Assembly (NCBI GenBank): GCA_964016885.1
Contig: OZ024752.1
Span: forward strand, 13,826,001 to 13,890,000
Length of the DNA: 64,000 nt
DNA from: Eledone cirrhosa
Lineage: Eukaryota
Reading direction: 5' to 3'
The notes beneath the pieces were generated by a model. It was not told the origin of the DNA. It did no database searches and worked only from the letters and a program-made list of their open reading frames with translations. The position numbers and the translations under genes are program-made. This document shows, piece by piece, positions 46,961 through 59,989 of the stretch. Position 1 is the stretch's first letter. Each line of letters begins with the position of its first letter.

Positions 46961-48247
46961 TATATAACAAAGTGTAACTGTACACCATTTAATAAACGTT
47001 TCTAATTTAAAAACATTTACTAAAATTCTAAAACTATTTTCATTTTAATAAAATCTGTCACATAAAAGATTTCACATGCAATTCAGGGAGCCACCTAATG
47101 ACCACATCATACAACGTTTCTGGTCAGAATAAATGCAGACATTTCCCTGGGGCTGATTGTTGCAGGGAATTCCCAATACATTGACATAACAATTAGGAGA
47201 AAGAGATCTGAACGATACTAGAAAATTAGTCACTAACTGATTATACAGTACATCTTGTAGGGATTTCTATGTAGGGATGTTATTAATAACTACCCAGAGA
47301 GCCGGGTAGGCGTTTCACTGCTATTTCTGTAAAGTATTTCCAAAAACGTGATACCAGCCACCAATACGTATGACAAATATTATATATCTACATGTATTAT
47401 CAGCTAAGATATTTTGGTGCGGGTGATTACTACGACCAAGTATTTCAGAGCAACCTCATTGAAGATCTAGTCTGCATATAAAATACCAAGGTTTTCTAAT
47501 TCAAGTTATCCTTGTGCAATGTATACTAATATGGTAAATTTACATATATTTACACATGTACATACAAACATACATACATACATACAAATACAAACGTACA
47601 TACAACTACATACATATAACTACATACATACGCGTGTGTGTATGAGTGGGTGTATGTATGTGTGCATCTATGAGAGCCTTAAACTGAAAGCAAACTAATC
47701 TATACTGAGCCAACGCGAGCCAGTATTTCAATACATTAACCTATATTCAACATCACCCACCAGATAGATAGCACACAAGGCATAAGGTAAACCCTATCAC
47801 CTATTTCAGAAGTATATTCAAACACTCACAACATAACAATAGTCAACCTATACTAATTATTAGTATGGGAGGAATGGTCGCCATCGTTGTAACCGTCGAA
47901 TTATGTGGCTTTTATGTTAATGTTTGTGTATGGCATGTATGTATACACACGCACGCATATAATATATATTAATAAAATAGTGATGGTCCCCGTCAGTGCT
48001 AAAAGGACATCTAAATTTGAAAAGCCAGTAGTCCTTTAAAAAGAAAATTCACACTGTCCCTAAAAGGATTATATACATATAGGAAAAGAGAGGGGACCCC
48101 GACGGCTGAGCTCCGGCCATTTCGACAGCTAGATCCGAACACTGGATCTATTACCCACTTTGCTACCCTACCTATTGAGTACTCTGGTGCGTTATGAACC
48201 TCCTGGTATCTTAACACATCGTTTTCTTATATATATATATATGGAAT

Positions 48248-49460
48248 TTGTTATACTTTGGGAGGGCCATGTTGCCAATAAGAAACACACGCACCAGTTG
48301 CTTTCACTTCAATTTATTATAATAAATTTATAATAAATTAATAAATATCTGGTTGGTTGGTTGGTTCCACAACCAGATAGTTGTTTATATATAGTCATAG
48401 TTCTTTCGTCACACACTCTGTGACCTCTTCAGTGACTGGGGATTACTTTCTTTGTTTCTGTGCCTCTCCTTTGTTCTGTCCTACGCCATTTTGTTTCTGT
48501 GTGTGTGTTGTGTGCTCAGTCTGCGCATGCGGCACATCCGGGTGTCTGTGTGTGTTTATGTTTATTTACATGTTATTGGTTGGTTGTTTGTTCTATGTGC
48601 GTGTGTGTGTTTTCATTTTGTCCTTAATTGTAAGTTGTGATGTTGCTGTTCCACTCATATTTTCTATTTAATTTTGGTTGTAATTCTTTTATGTTTATTG
48701 CCTCTGTAATTTGTCTAAACATTGCGTCTTTTCTGTGTGTAGATTCTATTTTTATTTCTATATTCTCTAATTTACCCTTGTGTTCTATTTTAGCATGTTA
48801 GTAGAGTACAGATGATTCTTTACTATCTTGAAGGTCTCGCCAGTGTTCATTTATCCGTTCCCCTACACTACGAGCTGTCTCACCTATGTACACTATATTT
48901 TTGTCTCTACATTGTCCTTCAGTACATCTTATGCTATACACTACATTTCTAGTTTTACAGTTAATATGGGGGCTTGTTTTACAGGTTATACATTTCTTAT
49001 CTATACATGAGGGTCTTTGGAAAGGGTATGTCTTGCTAATAAGTGTTTTTACGGAGGTACCTGGTCTTTCTACTATCTTAATATTGAGTTTATGTTTATT
49101 TAGGGCCCTTCTAAATTTGTAAGCTAATTCACCTCTAGGGGTTGTATCGATGAACATTACACTCTGGTATTTATTGCTATCATACCATGAGTTTATTCTA
49201 TTAGCCTTATTCCTAGTTCTTTCTATTCTATTTCAAAATTTGCTCCTATACAAGGGGCAGGTCCCATTTATGTCATTATTTACCATTTTTTCCCATTTAG
49301 TTCTGGCTCCTCTATACACTTTGATTTTATCTCTCTGATTGTAGCCAGAGAACTGCATACGGTGGATGAAGTGTTGTATGTGTCTCTCTAGTTCTTCGGG
49401 GTTGCACATGCGGGACACGTTTCTCATCTCCCGTACCAAATCCGCAATCAGTATGTTGAT
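48248..49460 (-). mobile_element. Penelope-like element, partial tandem copy (GIY-YIG + 3' UTR, with stops); hammerhead at 48393-48437
   Basis: [35 protein letters not shown]; 3' UTR hammerhead same as 26549-26593. Confidence 0.9.
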
Positions 49461-51445
49461 TTCACTTCAATTTATTATATATTTATAAATTTACAAATTT
49501 ATAAATTTATAAATTTCTGGTTGGTTGGTTGGTTCCACAACCAGATAGTTGTTTATATATAGTCATAGTCCTTTCGTCACACACTCTGTGACCTCTTCAG
49601 TAACTGGGGATTCCTTTCTTTGTCTCCGTGCCTCTCCTTTGTTCTGTCCTACGCCATTTTGTTTCTGTGTGTGTGTTGTGTGCTCAGTTTGCGCATGCGC
49701 CACATTCGGGTGTCTGTGTGTGTTTATGTTCATTTATCTATTTGTTTATTTATTTATTTATTTACATGTTATTGGTTGGTTGTTTGTTCTATGAGTGTGT
49801 GTGTTTTCATTTTGTCCTTAATTGTAAGTTGTGATGTTGCTGTTCCACTCATATTTTCTATTTAGTTTTGGTTGTAATTCTTTTATGTTTATTGCCTCTG
49901 TAATTTGTCTAAACATTGCATCTTTTCTGTGTGTAGATTCTATTTTTATTTCTATGTTCTCTAATTTACCCTTGTGTTCTATCTTAGCATGTTGGTAGAG
50001 TACAGATGATTCTTTATTATCTTGAAGGTCTCGCCAGTGTTCATTTATCCGTTCCCCTATACTACGAGCTGTCTCACCTATGTACACTATATTTTTGTTT
50101 CTACATTGTCCTTCAGTACATTTTATGCTATACACTACATTTCTAGTTTTACAGTTAATATGGGGGCTTATTTTACAGGTTATACATTTCTTATCTATAC
50201 ATGAGGGTCTTTGGAAAGGGTATGTCTTGCTAATAAGTGTTTTTACGGAGGTACCTGGTCTTTCTACTATCTTAATATTGAGTTTATGTTTATTTAGGGC
50301 CCTTCTAAATTTGTAGGCTAGTTCGCCTCTAGGGGTTGTGTCGATGAACATTACACTCTGGTATTTATTGCTATCATACCATGAGTTTATTCTATTAGCC
50401 TTGTTCCTAGTTCTTTCTATTCTATTCCAAAATTTGCTCCTATACAAGTGGCAGGTCCCATTTATGTCATTATTTACCATTTTTTCCCATTTGGTTCTGG
50501 CTCCTCTATACACTCTGATTCTATCTCTCTGATTGTAGCCAGAGAACTGCATACGGTGGATGAAGTGTTGTATGTGTCTCTCTATTTCTTCGGGGTTGCA
50601 CATGCGGGACACATTTCTCATCACCCGTACCAAATCCGCAATCAGTATGTTGATTTTGGTATGGTCCGAAATGGCCGAGTTTCGGTGGATCAGATGTTTG
50701 GAAGTCATGGGTTTGGCATAATGGGAATGGAGGATTTGTTTTTGGTTGTTAATGGTATCTAACCAGAGCTCTGTGTCTAGTACAGGTAATCGATGGTTAG
50801 GGTGTCTACTTGGGTAGTCTATAGTAACTCTAATGCTCTGGTGGATGGAGTTTGCTATTTGCTGGATGCTTTCCATTGTGTTTTTCTCTAGTTCCTGACT
50901 GTTCTCTAGTGGGGGTGTCTTAACTACGATGTTTATATCATCTACGTAGCGGGAGTACATTATCAGGGTTAAGCTGTCTTCTAATTGTTCTTTAAGTTTA
51001 AGTTTAAGTCTACTGTCCCACCATACCATGAATAAGTTAGCTATGTCGCCTGCAATGCTAACACCAATGGCTGCTCCTTCCTCTTGGGCATATGTTTTTC
51101 CATTAAATTTGAACATATGTTCCTTAAGGGTTAGTTTTATGCTGGCCCCTACCGCATGTGCAATCATTTTCTTCAGTTCATCGTGGTTTTCGGGTGTCCG
51201 TATGGCTCTGGTCCACCCGTTCCATCTATCTGTGTGGGTTTTCTTGGCCATTGAGGTAATGGTAGGTGGTCTGCCTCTTGCTGGTCTTGTAGGCAACAGG
51301 TTGCTAAGGTCATATGTGTCTAGGTAATTATTACTATAGGTAAGCTTAAGTAGAAGTCCCAGCTCACTGGTATCAATCCCACGGAACTCAACCTTGCTCT
51401 CACTGATCATTTCTACGCATTTCTCCACAGCAAAATCCACGTCAA
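49461..51445 (-). mobile_element. 5'-truncated Penelope-like element with open RT + GIY-YIG ORF; hammerhead at 49561-49605
   Basis: Uninterrupted frame 51445-49818; 5' end truncated into a (TA)n tract; 3' UTR hammerhead with one stem I mismatch. Confidence 0.93.
49818..51445 (-). CDS. PLE polyprotein C-terminal part: reverse transcriptase + GIY-YIG endonuclease (no true start codon)
   Basis: GAAIG, YSRYVDD, thumb region, CxxxxCxxC linker, VVYSIKC...[25 protein letters not shown]...LNRKYEW; the IY-rich N-terminus in the ORF track is microsatellite. Confidence 0.85.
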
Positions 51446-51461
51446 TATGTATATATATATG

Positions 51462-51506
<45 letters not shown>

Positions 51507-51665
51507 GTATATATATATGTATATATATATGTATATATATATGTATATATATATATATGTATATATATATGTATATATATATGAATGTATATATGTATGT
51601 ATATATGTATATATATATGTATGTATATATGTATATATATATATGTATATATATATGTATATATG

Positions 51666-51718
<53 letters not shown>

Positions 51719-51951
51719 GTATGTATATATGTATATATATGTATATATATATGTATATATACATGTATATATATATGTATATATATATGTATATATATAT
51801 GTATATATATATATGAATATATATATATGTATATATATATGTATATATGTATATATATATATATGTGTATATGTATATGTATATATGTATATGTGTATAT
51901 ATATGTATATGTATATGTATATATGTATATATATGTATATGTATATATCTA

Positions 51952-51982
<31 letters not shown>

Positions 51983-52050
51983 ATATGTATATGTATATAT
52001 ATATACATATATATATGTATGTATGTGTATGTATGTATTTATATATATAT
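51446..52050. repeat. (TATG)n/(TA)n microsatellite
   Basis: Direct inspection. Confidence 0.95.
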
Positions 52051-52264
52051 AACATACGATCACGGCCTACACTTTAATACTGTTACTAGTTTCAGTCATT
52101 GGACTGCAGCCATGCTGGAGCCAAATATTTATTGCTTTTAGCCAAGCATATCGATTACTTATCTCTTTAGTACTTGTTTTATTGATCTATAATTATTGAA
52201 TCGTTACATTAGATTTTGAGACAAACCAGTTCGAACGAATGGATTCGTCTAAAATAAAACACGC

Positions 52265-52530
52265 ACTCTCTCTCTCTCTCTCACTCTCTCTCACTCTCTC
52301 TCACTCTCTCTCACTCACTCTCACTCTCCCTCACTCTCCCTCACTCTCCCTCACTCTCCCTCACTCACTCTCTCTCACTCACTCTCTCTCACTCTCCCTC
52401 ACTCACTCTCTCTCTCTCTCTCACTCTCTCTCACTCTCTCTCACTCACTCTCTCTCACTCTCTCTCACTCTCTCTCTCTCACTCACTCCCTCCCTCTCAC
52501 TCTCTCTCTCTCACTCACTCTCTCTCTCTC
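52265..52530. repeat. (CT)n/(CACT)n microsatellite
   Basis: Direct inspection. Confidence 0.95.
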
Positions 52531-52734
52531 ACACAACAGTCTGCCGATTTCTATTTCAATATTTTCGTAAACACAAGTCTATAGTAGACCATGCTGAAAG
52601 GACCATGTCATGTGACTGACACATGAATCTGGCAGTTGGGATGCGAACGACTTAATTACACACATTCACTAACAGGCACACATGCACGCGCGCACACGCC
52701 CCCTCCCCCCCACATCTGTATCTGTATATTGTGA

Positions 52735-53115
52735 CCGCGATGAATTTGTGAGATTTTTTTATATGAAATCGTGTGTTGAAACAAATATTGTTATACTTGG
52801 GGAGGGTTATATTGTTGTAATATTGCCAGAAATATATAAAACACACTCATTGTTTGGTCTGAATTGGTTTCGTTTCTGTATATTTTATATCCTTAATTTA
52901 GCTGTCAATCAATGTTTATCGTTGATTGACCAACAGTTAAACATATAGATAGAAATATTGTTATATATATGGACTCTCAAAGTTCTTTCATCACACACCT
53001 CTGACATTATCAGTGATAAAATTATGTTTCCTCCTATTGTATTGTAAAAAATGAGTGTGTTTTATTATATATTTCAGGCATTGTCACAATAATATGACCC
53101 TCACGAAATATAGCA
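52735..53115 (-). mobile_element. Degenerate PLE 3' UTR remnant with short inverted end
   Basis: Similar to 15640-15990 and 26350-26440 (tgaaatcgtgtgttgaaac...gggaggg); decayed hammerhead near 52980-53015. Confidence 0.6.
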
Positions 53116-53382
53116 ATATATACATATTGATTATTAGAATAGATTAAAAGTTCAACCAATAAATGTTTGCTTTCATCCTAAGCGGGATCATCTGAAATTC
53201 TTTGGATTTTGGTTATTGTATTTATATTACTATCAGATGTGTACCAGAACGTCTGGAACAGTCAAAAGAGTATATATATATATATATATAGATAGTAATA
53301 ATAATAAATTTAAAGACTAAAATCCAAAGAGGGCTCGATAAGGATAAATATATATCAAATATTTAAGAACCGTAGAGCAAAT

Positions 53383-53830
53383 ATTTATTAAAATAACAGA
53401 TTAAAAAATCTTCTGGAACCAAAAAATCAATCTGTGAACGCAGAAGTAAATATTTCGAAAAACGTTGTAACCGAAGGAAGATAGGAATACAATACTTTGG
53501 TTCGTGGAAACGTTCCCTGGCAAAGAACGGAAAAAACGAAGATAATACGTCATAATTTGGAGCGGTGAAAACAAACGTGGTTTTGTCTTTGGGTGTAATT
53601 GTTTTCTGCGCTCCAAATAATGACGTATTATCTTCGTTTTTTTCCCCGTTCTTTGCCAGGGAACGTCTTCACGAACCAAAGTATCGTCTTCCTGTCTTCC
53701 TTCGGTTGTAACGTTTTTCGAAATATTTACTTCTGCGTTCACAGATTGATTTTTTTTGATTTCAGAAGATCCCGTTAAGGGTGAAAGCAGCGATTCTTTG
53801 CTTAAACTTTAATCTGTTATTTTAATAAAT
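53383..53830. repeat. Long imperfect inverted repeat (~165-bp arms, 53407-53571 / 53598-53770)
   Basis: aatcaatctgtgaacgcagaag...ttggagcg versus cgctccaa...cttctgcgttcacagattgatt. Confidence 0.85.
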
Positions 53831-53852
53831 AAATAAATAAATATATATATAT

Positions 53853-54148
53853 ATACAAGTTAATATAAATTAATATATATATTAAACACTAATACAATCA
53901 TATAAGTGTTTGTATTGTAAATGACCAAGTTAGCTAGATTGAAAAATACGAATTAGATTAAAACAGTTTGCCTGTCTCGATTTAAAATAATAAATCAATA
54001 AAAACAAACCCATATTGGCAACAGCCGTGGTACTTGGACAAATTTAAATTTCAAAATCCAAACCTGTTCCGTAGATAAGTTTACAATACAAACACTTATA
54101 TGATTGTAATAGTGTTTAATATATATATTAATTTATATTAACTTGTAT
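53853..54148. repeat. Inverted repeat with ~68-bp arms
   Basis: atacaagttaatataaattaatatatatattaaacact...tgtaaa versus its reverse complement at ~54080-54148. Confidence 0.8.
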
Positions 54149-54364
54149 TTCACGGCTCAGAAATATTTCTTTCTTTGAGCTATTTAATTGTAAAAGACTG
54201 TTTGAGTTTATAACTCTCTATATATAGTATATATATATATATATATATAAAATTGTTTATACTTTTGGCACAAGGCCAGCAATAACCCAGTGTATTACTG
54301 GTACGTTATATATATATATAATGTGCGTGTGTGTATGTTTATGTGTGTGTGTCCCCTTTGGGTT

Positions 54365-54632
54365 ATATTATTTTAGATATTTTCATCAACAGTGAAAGAG
54401 AGGGAGAAGGTTTTTAACATATATACATGACTCTCATCAACTAGTTAAATACGTATGTATATATGTGTATGTGTGCAGGTACGGATGTTACTGCGTTTGT
54501 GGATCTGTATGTTTTGCTATATGTGTTCACACGTGCAGGTCTTTTTGTATCTATACATGAGTATATGCAGCTATTACTTGCTGAATTTCTTAAATGTTTT
54601 ACATATCTTTACAGTTCCATTAATGGACCCTA
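54365..54632 (-). mobile_element. 3' fragment of R4/Dong-like LINE
   Basis: Reverse strand GSINGTVKICKTFKKFSK* matches VNGTVKICKTFQIFCI* at 60172. Confidence 0.7.
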
Positions 54633-54711
54633 ATTGCCCCTTCGTCATTAGTTCTTCACTACTCTGCCTGGTTTCTTTTTTTTTTGTTCTATTGTATTTT
54701 CCCTGTTCTAT

Positions 54712-55080
54712 AGAATGCTGAGGATGGGTCTGAACATTAATCAGTATACACTGAGGTTGAAGAACTCAGAGCTGTACGGGAGCCTCTCAAAACTTAGCTC
54801 GAAAGGTACACAGAGGAGACTGAGGTTAGCTGGACATGCTCGCCGACATCCAGATTTGACACTGCACTCAGTGCTCCTGTGGGAGCCCCTACATGGACAC
54901 ACTGGAAGAGGAAGACCAAGGTTAACATATGTTGATGCCCTAAGGAGAGACACTGGTCTCTTGGAGACGCAGGACATGACAACGATAATGAGAGACAGAG
55001 ACCGCTGGAGAGAGAGTTCTCTCCAGCGGTCTCTGTCCATGGGTCTCGGGAATGTTACCCTCCCTAGATAGATAGATATA
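54712..55080 (+). mobile_element. RTE-clade LINE 3' fragment with (TAGA)n tail
   Basis: RMLRMGLN...RRLRLAGHARRH...LWEPLHG..GRGRPRLTYVD.LRRDTG...MRDRDRWR. Confidence 0.85.
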
Positions 55081-55387
55081 GTACTGGTCTGTTATGTTTG
55101 AATTTTATTGGTATTTTGTTTATTCAGACATCAAACTGACCATTAGTACACTTTAATACTATGTATTCATATCCTCACCACATACTTGAATATTTTTATA
55201 TTTATATTTTATGTACGTATGTATGTATGAGGAGTGGCAATTTGTGCAGGCTGGAAAGTTAGAAGCACATAGTCGCTAATCTGCACACGGGCGGGTCGAG
55301 TCTCATCCTAACGTCGCTGTACTGTTAATCCGGCATCTCTTTCTGGGGACGCACTGTTCACCCATTCCCCACGAGAAAGGTCTAGAT

Positions 55388-55550
55388 CAGGCATGCCAAA
55401 CATATGGCCTGCCGCCCGCCGAAAGGTTTTTACAGCGCGAGCATGTTTTATCTTCGTAATATAAAATTTAAAAAATAGTTGTGTGTGGCCCTCAGACAAC
55501 ACCTATATGACCCACGTGGCCCTTGAGGGACCCACATTTTCACATGCCTA
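55388..55550. mobile_element. hAT (Charlie-type) MITE
   Basis: Termini CAGGCATG / CATGCCTA; 8-bp TSD GTCTAGAT / GTCTAAAT. Confidence 0.75.
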
Positions 55551-56117
55551 GTCTAAATGACTTAAACAAATCCTGTTCAGTCATCAAACAGGCCAGCAGC
55601 CTTCAGTTGGCGGTGGTTTATAATTGCAGTACTTTTGTTGTTGAAGAGATAGCTGTCTTCTGTAAAGAAATGGCAATTATAATGTATGTATGGGTGGATG
55701 GATGACATCTTTGTATATGATTAAGTAACAGCTTTTCTTTCAAACATGTTTTATTGAAATCGTAACTGTGCTGCAGTTCGATCTCTCTTATTAAATGTTT
55801 CGCATTTGCTTATATATAGCCCGTTTGAGGAAGGAGCTCCGAGATGTGGGGTGACTGTTGCACCATGTGTCACTGGCCACTGTCCACGGAAATTCCCTTG
55901 GCATTCTGTCCTTGGGGCGCAGCCCAAAGAACGCTCTGACTTAGGTGTAGAGTCTGTCATCCTCTTCCCTTCCCTTTCTTTGTTCCTTTGTCTATTATTC
56001 CTTCCTCTTTCCCTCCATTTCCTCATATTTATGGCATTTATAGTCCTTTCCAATGCTGCTTTCATTTTCTATATGCTTAACAAAATAAAAATAAAATATA
56101 CGTAAAAATAGTGATAG

Positions 56118-56535
56118 ATTTTGGGAGGGTCATGCTGCCAATAAATACACACGCACCTGCTGGGTTTCACTTCAATTTATTATAAATTTCCGGTTGGTTG
56201 CTTCGATTATCGGATGGTTGTTTCTATATTATCAAAGCTCTTTCGTCACACATTCTGTGACCTCCTCAGAGACTGGGCTTTTATTTCGTGTGTTGTCACA
56301 CAACACACAAAACCAAAATGGCGTAGGACAGAACAAAGTAGCGACACAAAATAAAAACTCAGTCATTGAAGTGGTCACATAATGTGACCAAAGAACTTTC
56401 AAAATATACAGACAACCATCCAGTTATCGAACCAACCAACGGGAAATTTATAATATATTGAAGTGAAAACCAACAGGTGCGTGTGTTTTTATTGGTAACA
56501 TGACCCTCCCAAAGTATAACAATATCTCTATCAAC
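56118..56535. mobile_element. Diverged inverted pair of PLE 3' UTRs with decayed hammerheads
   Basis: Left arm similar to 48255-48440 (tttcgtcacacattctgtgacctcctcag); right arm is its diverged reverse complement. Confidence 0.75.
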
Positions 56536-57429
56536 ACACATTTTCAGAAGAAATCTTGCAAAACAAATTAAAAAACGAATTCCTTAATTAGCTTATTTCT
56601 TTATGGTTAGTTCTGAACAGAAGCGTTCCTGAAACGACTCAGTTTTCTGATTGAGAATGTTTATACTAGTGCCGTATTGGACACTTGCTTGGCAGTCGTT
56701 ACAAAGAATCATGGCAGTGGATAGATTTAATATCATGGACGTCTGATTTTATATTTCTCAACGATTGATGCATGGGTGCTTTTATAACTGATTTCTCGTA
56801 TGATGTCTGTTTGTTAATTCGTGGTTTTTATTCTGATATCAGTATAGCTTGCATACCTGCTTATGTTGTATTATTTGGAATTCTTCATAGAATTGTAGTG
56901 CTATCGCCTAATCAGGTCTTATCTAATATTTTCTGCAATGTATTGGATAGAAATTTGTTGCGATGGCTCCTGGCATATGCTTGGATAAAAGACAGGAAAT
57001 GTACTTTTATATGTGTGTAAAACTTCATATGTTTTCATATATTATGGTTGTCCATAACTTAAAGAGTCTATCACAAATTTTGTGTAAGTTTTCTCTGTAT
57101 ATATTTATATATACTCGACATCTTTGCACATTAATATTTAATGAAATGATATTTGATTTGTTGTATATAATGTTTTAGTTCAGAAGATATTGTTTTGTTT
57201 ATGAAACAGCAATATACATATATATTAGTTAAATATTACACGATGTATAAAACTAATAAATATATAAACATTATATATATATATAACTCACTCAAAAGTT
57301 TTAATATTCTATGTGAGTAATAAAAAGGAAAAGGAAAAACATCTAAACAGATATTTGATGAATGTGTGGAAGAAATGAATAAATAATCTGAGAATAAAGT
57401 AGTGACTTCAGCGAAATAATAAAATAATA

Positions 57430-57679
57430 CAGGTAAAATTCTGTTATAACGTATACCATTATAACGAATACCAATATAACGAATTTTTCAGGATAACCAA
57501 ATGTTTTTCAATCACTGAGCTAATAACAAACAAACGCTCTGTTTGTTTCGGTCGATCTCGGTATAAAGAATATTTCGTTGCAACGAACAATTCCGTAATA
57601 ACGAATACCATTATAACAAAGTTTTCAGTATAACAATTTTTTTAATACCCCGTAATTTCGTTATAACGGAATTTCACTG
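57430..57679. mobile_element. Tc1/mariner (pogo/Tigger-like) MITE
   Basis: TA-CAGGTAAAATTCTGTTATAACG ... CGTTATAACGGAATTTCACTG-TA; internal TATAACGAA repeats; TA TSD. Confidence 0.8.
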
Positions 57680-59419
57680 TATAAACAATAACATTACATA
57701 GCTGATCCCACCATCTGCTAGAAATAGCTGTCAAGTGTTTTTTCAAATCACAATTCGTAGTCTTAAATAAGTGTAGATCTAGATACACTAATGGTAGCCT
57801 TGAATAATTAACAATACCAAACAATTAAACAAAGAAGAGGGGTTTGAGCTAGAATATATAAAGGGCAATGACAGTAGCAACATCAACTCTAAACACTTTA
57901 CACCATAAGAACTCCTTCATATTGCGTGTACATTAGAGATATAGGAACAATACAAAATTTCAACACAGAAATTATAGATATGCTATGGTCCCGTAACTCC
58001 AGAGGAGTTGTAGGGGTGAAATATTGACATACGGCGTTTCTAGGGTATTATTTAAACCTGGCAGAGCCCATCTCCTCTCCAGGCTTGAATACAGCAGATT
58101 TCTCCCAGAGAAGGCTAGAGAGAGTGAGAGAGAGAGATAGAGAAGGAGAATCGACCCACTACTTGATTGGTACTTTTTTATCGATCATCAATTAATGAAA
58201 GGCAAAGTTGGTCTCGGCGGGATTTGAACTCAGAAGACCCAAACTCCCACTGTCACTGCTTCCGTCTTTCCCGCTCTCCCCATTGTAAGCAAATGAGGTC
58301 TTATCTCACTATTGTAAGCAAATGGAGGCCTACGAGCTGGCAGCTCTGCGGCCACGGCGGGAAAAATAAAGAAGACGTGTCCCCGGGGATGGTGAGGGAG
58401 ACTCGCTGGAAGCTCTGCATGTTGCTAACTCTGTGCCAATGGTGGTGAGTAGGGAGGTGGTCCTATGGCCAAGGACACCAGAAGTCTCCGCTTATATTAA
58501 GTCATGATTTCATGGCCAAGACGTTGATGTTTCCTGAACGTCAGGGATTTATGTAACTGTCCATAGTTAAATTTGTGATAAAACTCAAGAAAAACAAAAA
58601 CACGAATGCGTGTCTTGAGAAAAAAGGCAATGGTACATGTAAATTCGCGACGATTTCACAAGATGAGAACGCGCGTGTTACCTTATCTCCTAGTCTACCC
58701 ATTATCCCTCGATTTTGTCGGAGTTATTAAATATATAAAGATCACCGTAATATTATTTGAGCATAGGCCAAGGGCTGAAATGTTTTAAGCAATAGTAATA
58801 AGATTTTTTAATTGACAGATTGACATTTCAAATATAATCTCAGTGACAAAAGATTTCTTTCGTAACCGTAATACAATTTTCTATTAGTCGACCTATACTA
58901 AAGGTCTTCACTGATAGGGTTATGTGTGTTATAATCTCCCAGTCCCATGTTACGGTAAGATGTTGTGGTGAATCTTTAGAATAGTTTTCATTAGATTACA
59001 TAATTTTGTCAGTGTCTGGCCCTAATAATATAAAGTAGTTGTTCCAATGTTCAAAATTTGGCCCTCGAATGGAATATGTTGCACACCCCTGCTATAGATG
59101 ATACATCTTTTGTTAATTCAGTTCTTTGTCTTTTCATTATATTATTCGATTCCTTCTCGTATATATAAGGTTAGGGATGGGGGAGTGAGCCTATTGGATG
59201 CATGTAGGTGACACACCATACCCCTCATAAGCATAGTAAAACAATTTATTAGCACACAGTAGATATAGTCTTTTGTGAATGATATTATTATTAACATTTG
59301 GCATACATTAATTCATCGGCGACCAAATAAATTATTTAATAAGTATTTGATAGATTCACTACGTATAATTATTAACCAAAATATTATAAGTAAAATGTGG
59401 AGAAGGAGCACACGAGTTG

Positions 59420-59491
<72 letters not shown>

Positions 59492-59944
59492 ATAGGGAGA
59501 AATAGACGATTAGGAAGAAAAAGATTTTTTTTTTCCTATTATTTTCTTCTTTGTTTTCTGGGTTAGGAAATGTTTAAAACAAAATATTTTACTTTGTGTG
59601 AAGTGCTAAGGTATTAGTTAATTTATTAATTAATTAAAAATGGCATTTATTTATTTATATATTTAATAATTGTCTATTACCAGTTTCAGCATTTTATGCA
59701 TTATCCAAGGGGGGAATTTGTATTGGTATAAAATGATGGAGAGAAAATAATGTGATGTTGAACATGTTAAGGAAATGGGAAAGAAAGAATAATATTATTT
59801 ACAACCAAGGTTTTTGAAGTAAAAAGATAAAAGAAAAAAAGAGGGGGTGGTGTGGAACATAAGGTAATGGGAAAGAAAGAATAATATTATTTACAGGTAT
59901 GGTTCTTTTTTTTCCTAATAATCGTCTTTTTCTCCCTATTTTCA

Positions 59945-59984
<40 letters not shown>

Positions 59985-59989
59985 TGTAT

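Noticed and set aside
55751-56105. Overlapping 99-104 aa ORFs
   Set aside because: Partly low-complexity pyrimidine tract with no recognisable motif or clear splice context
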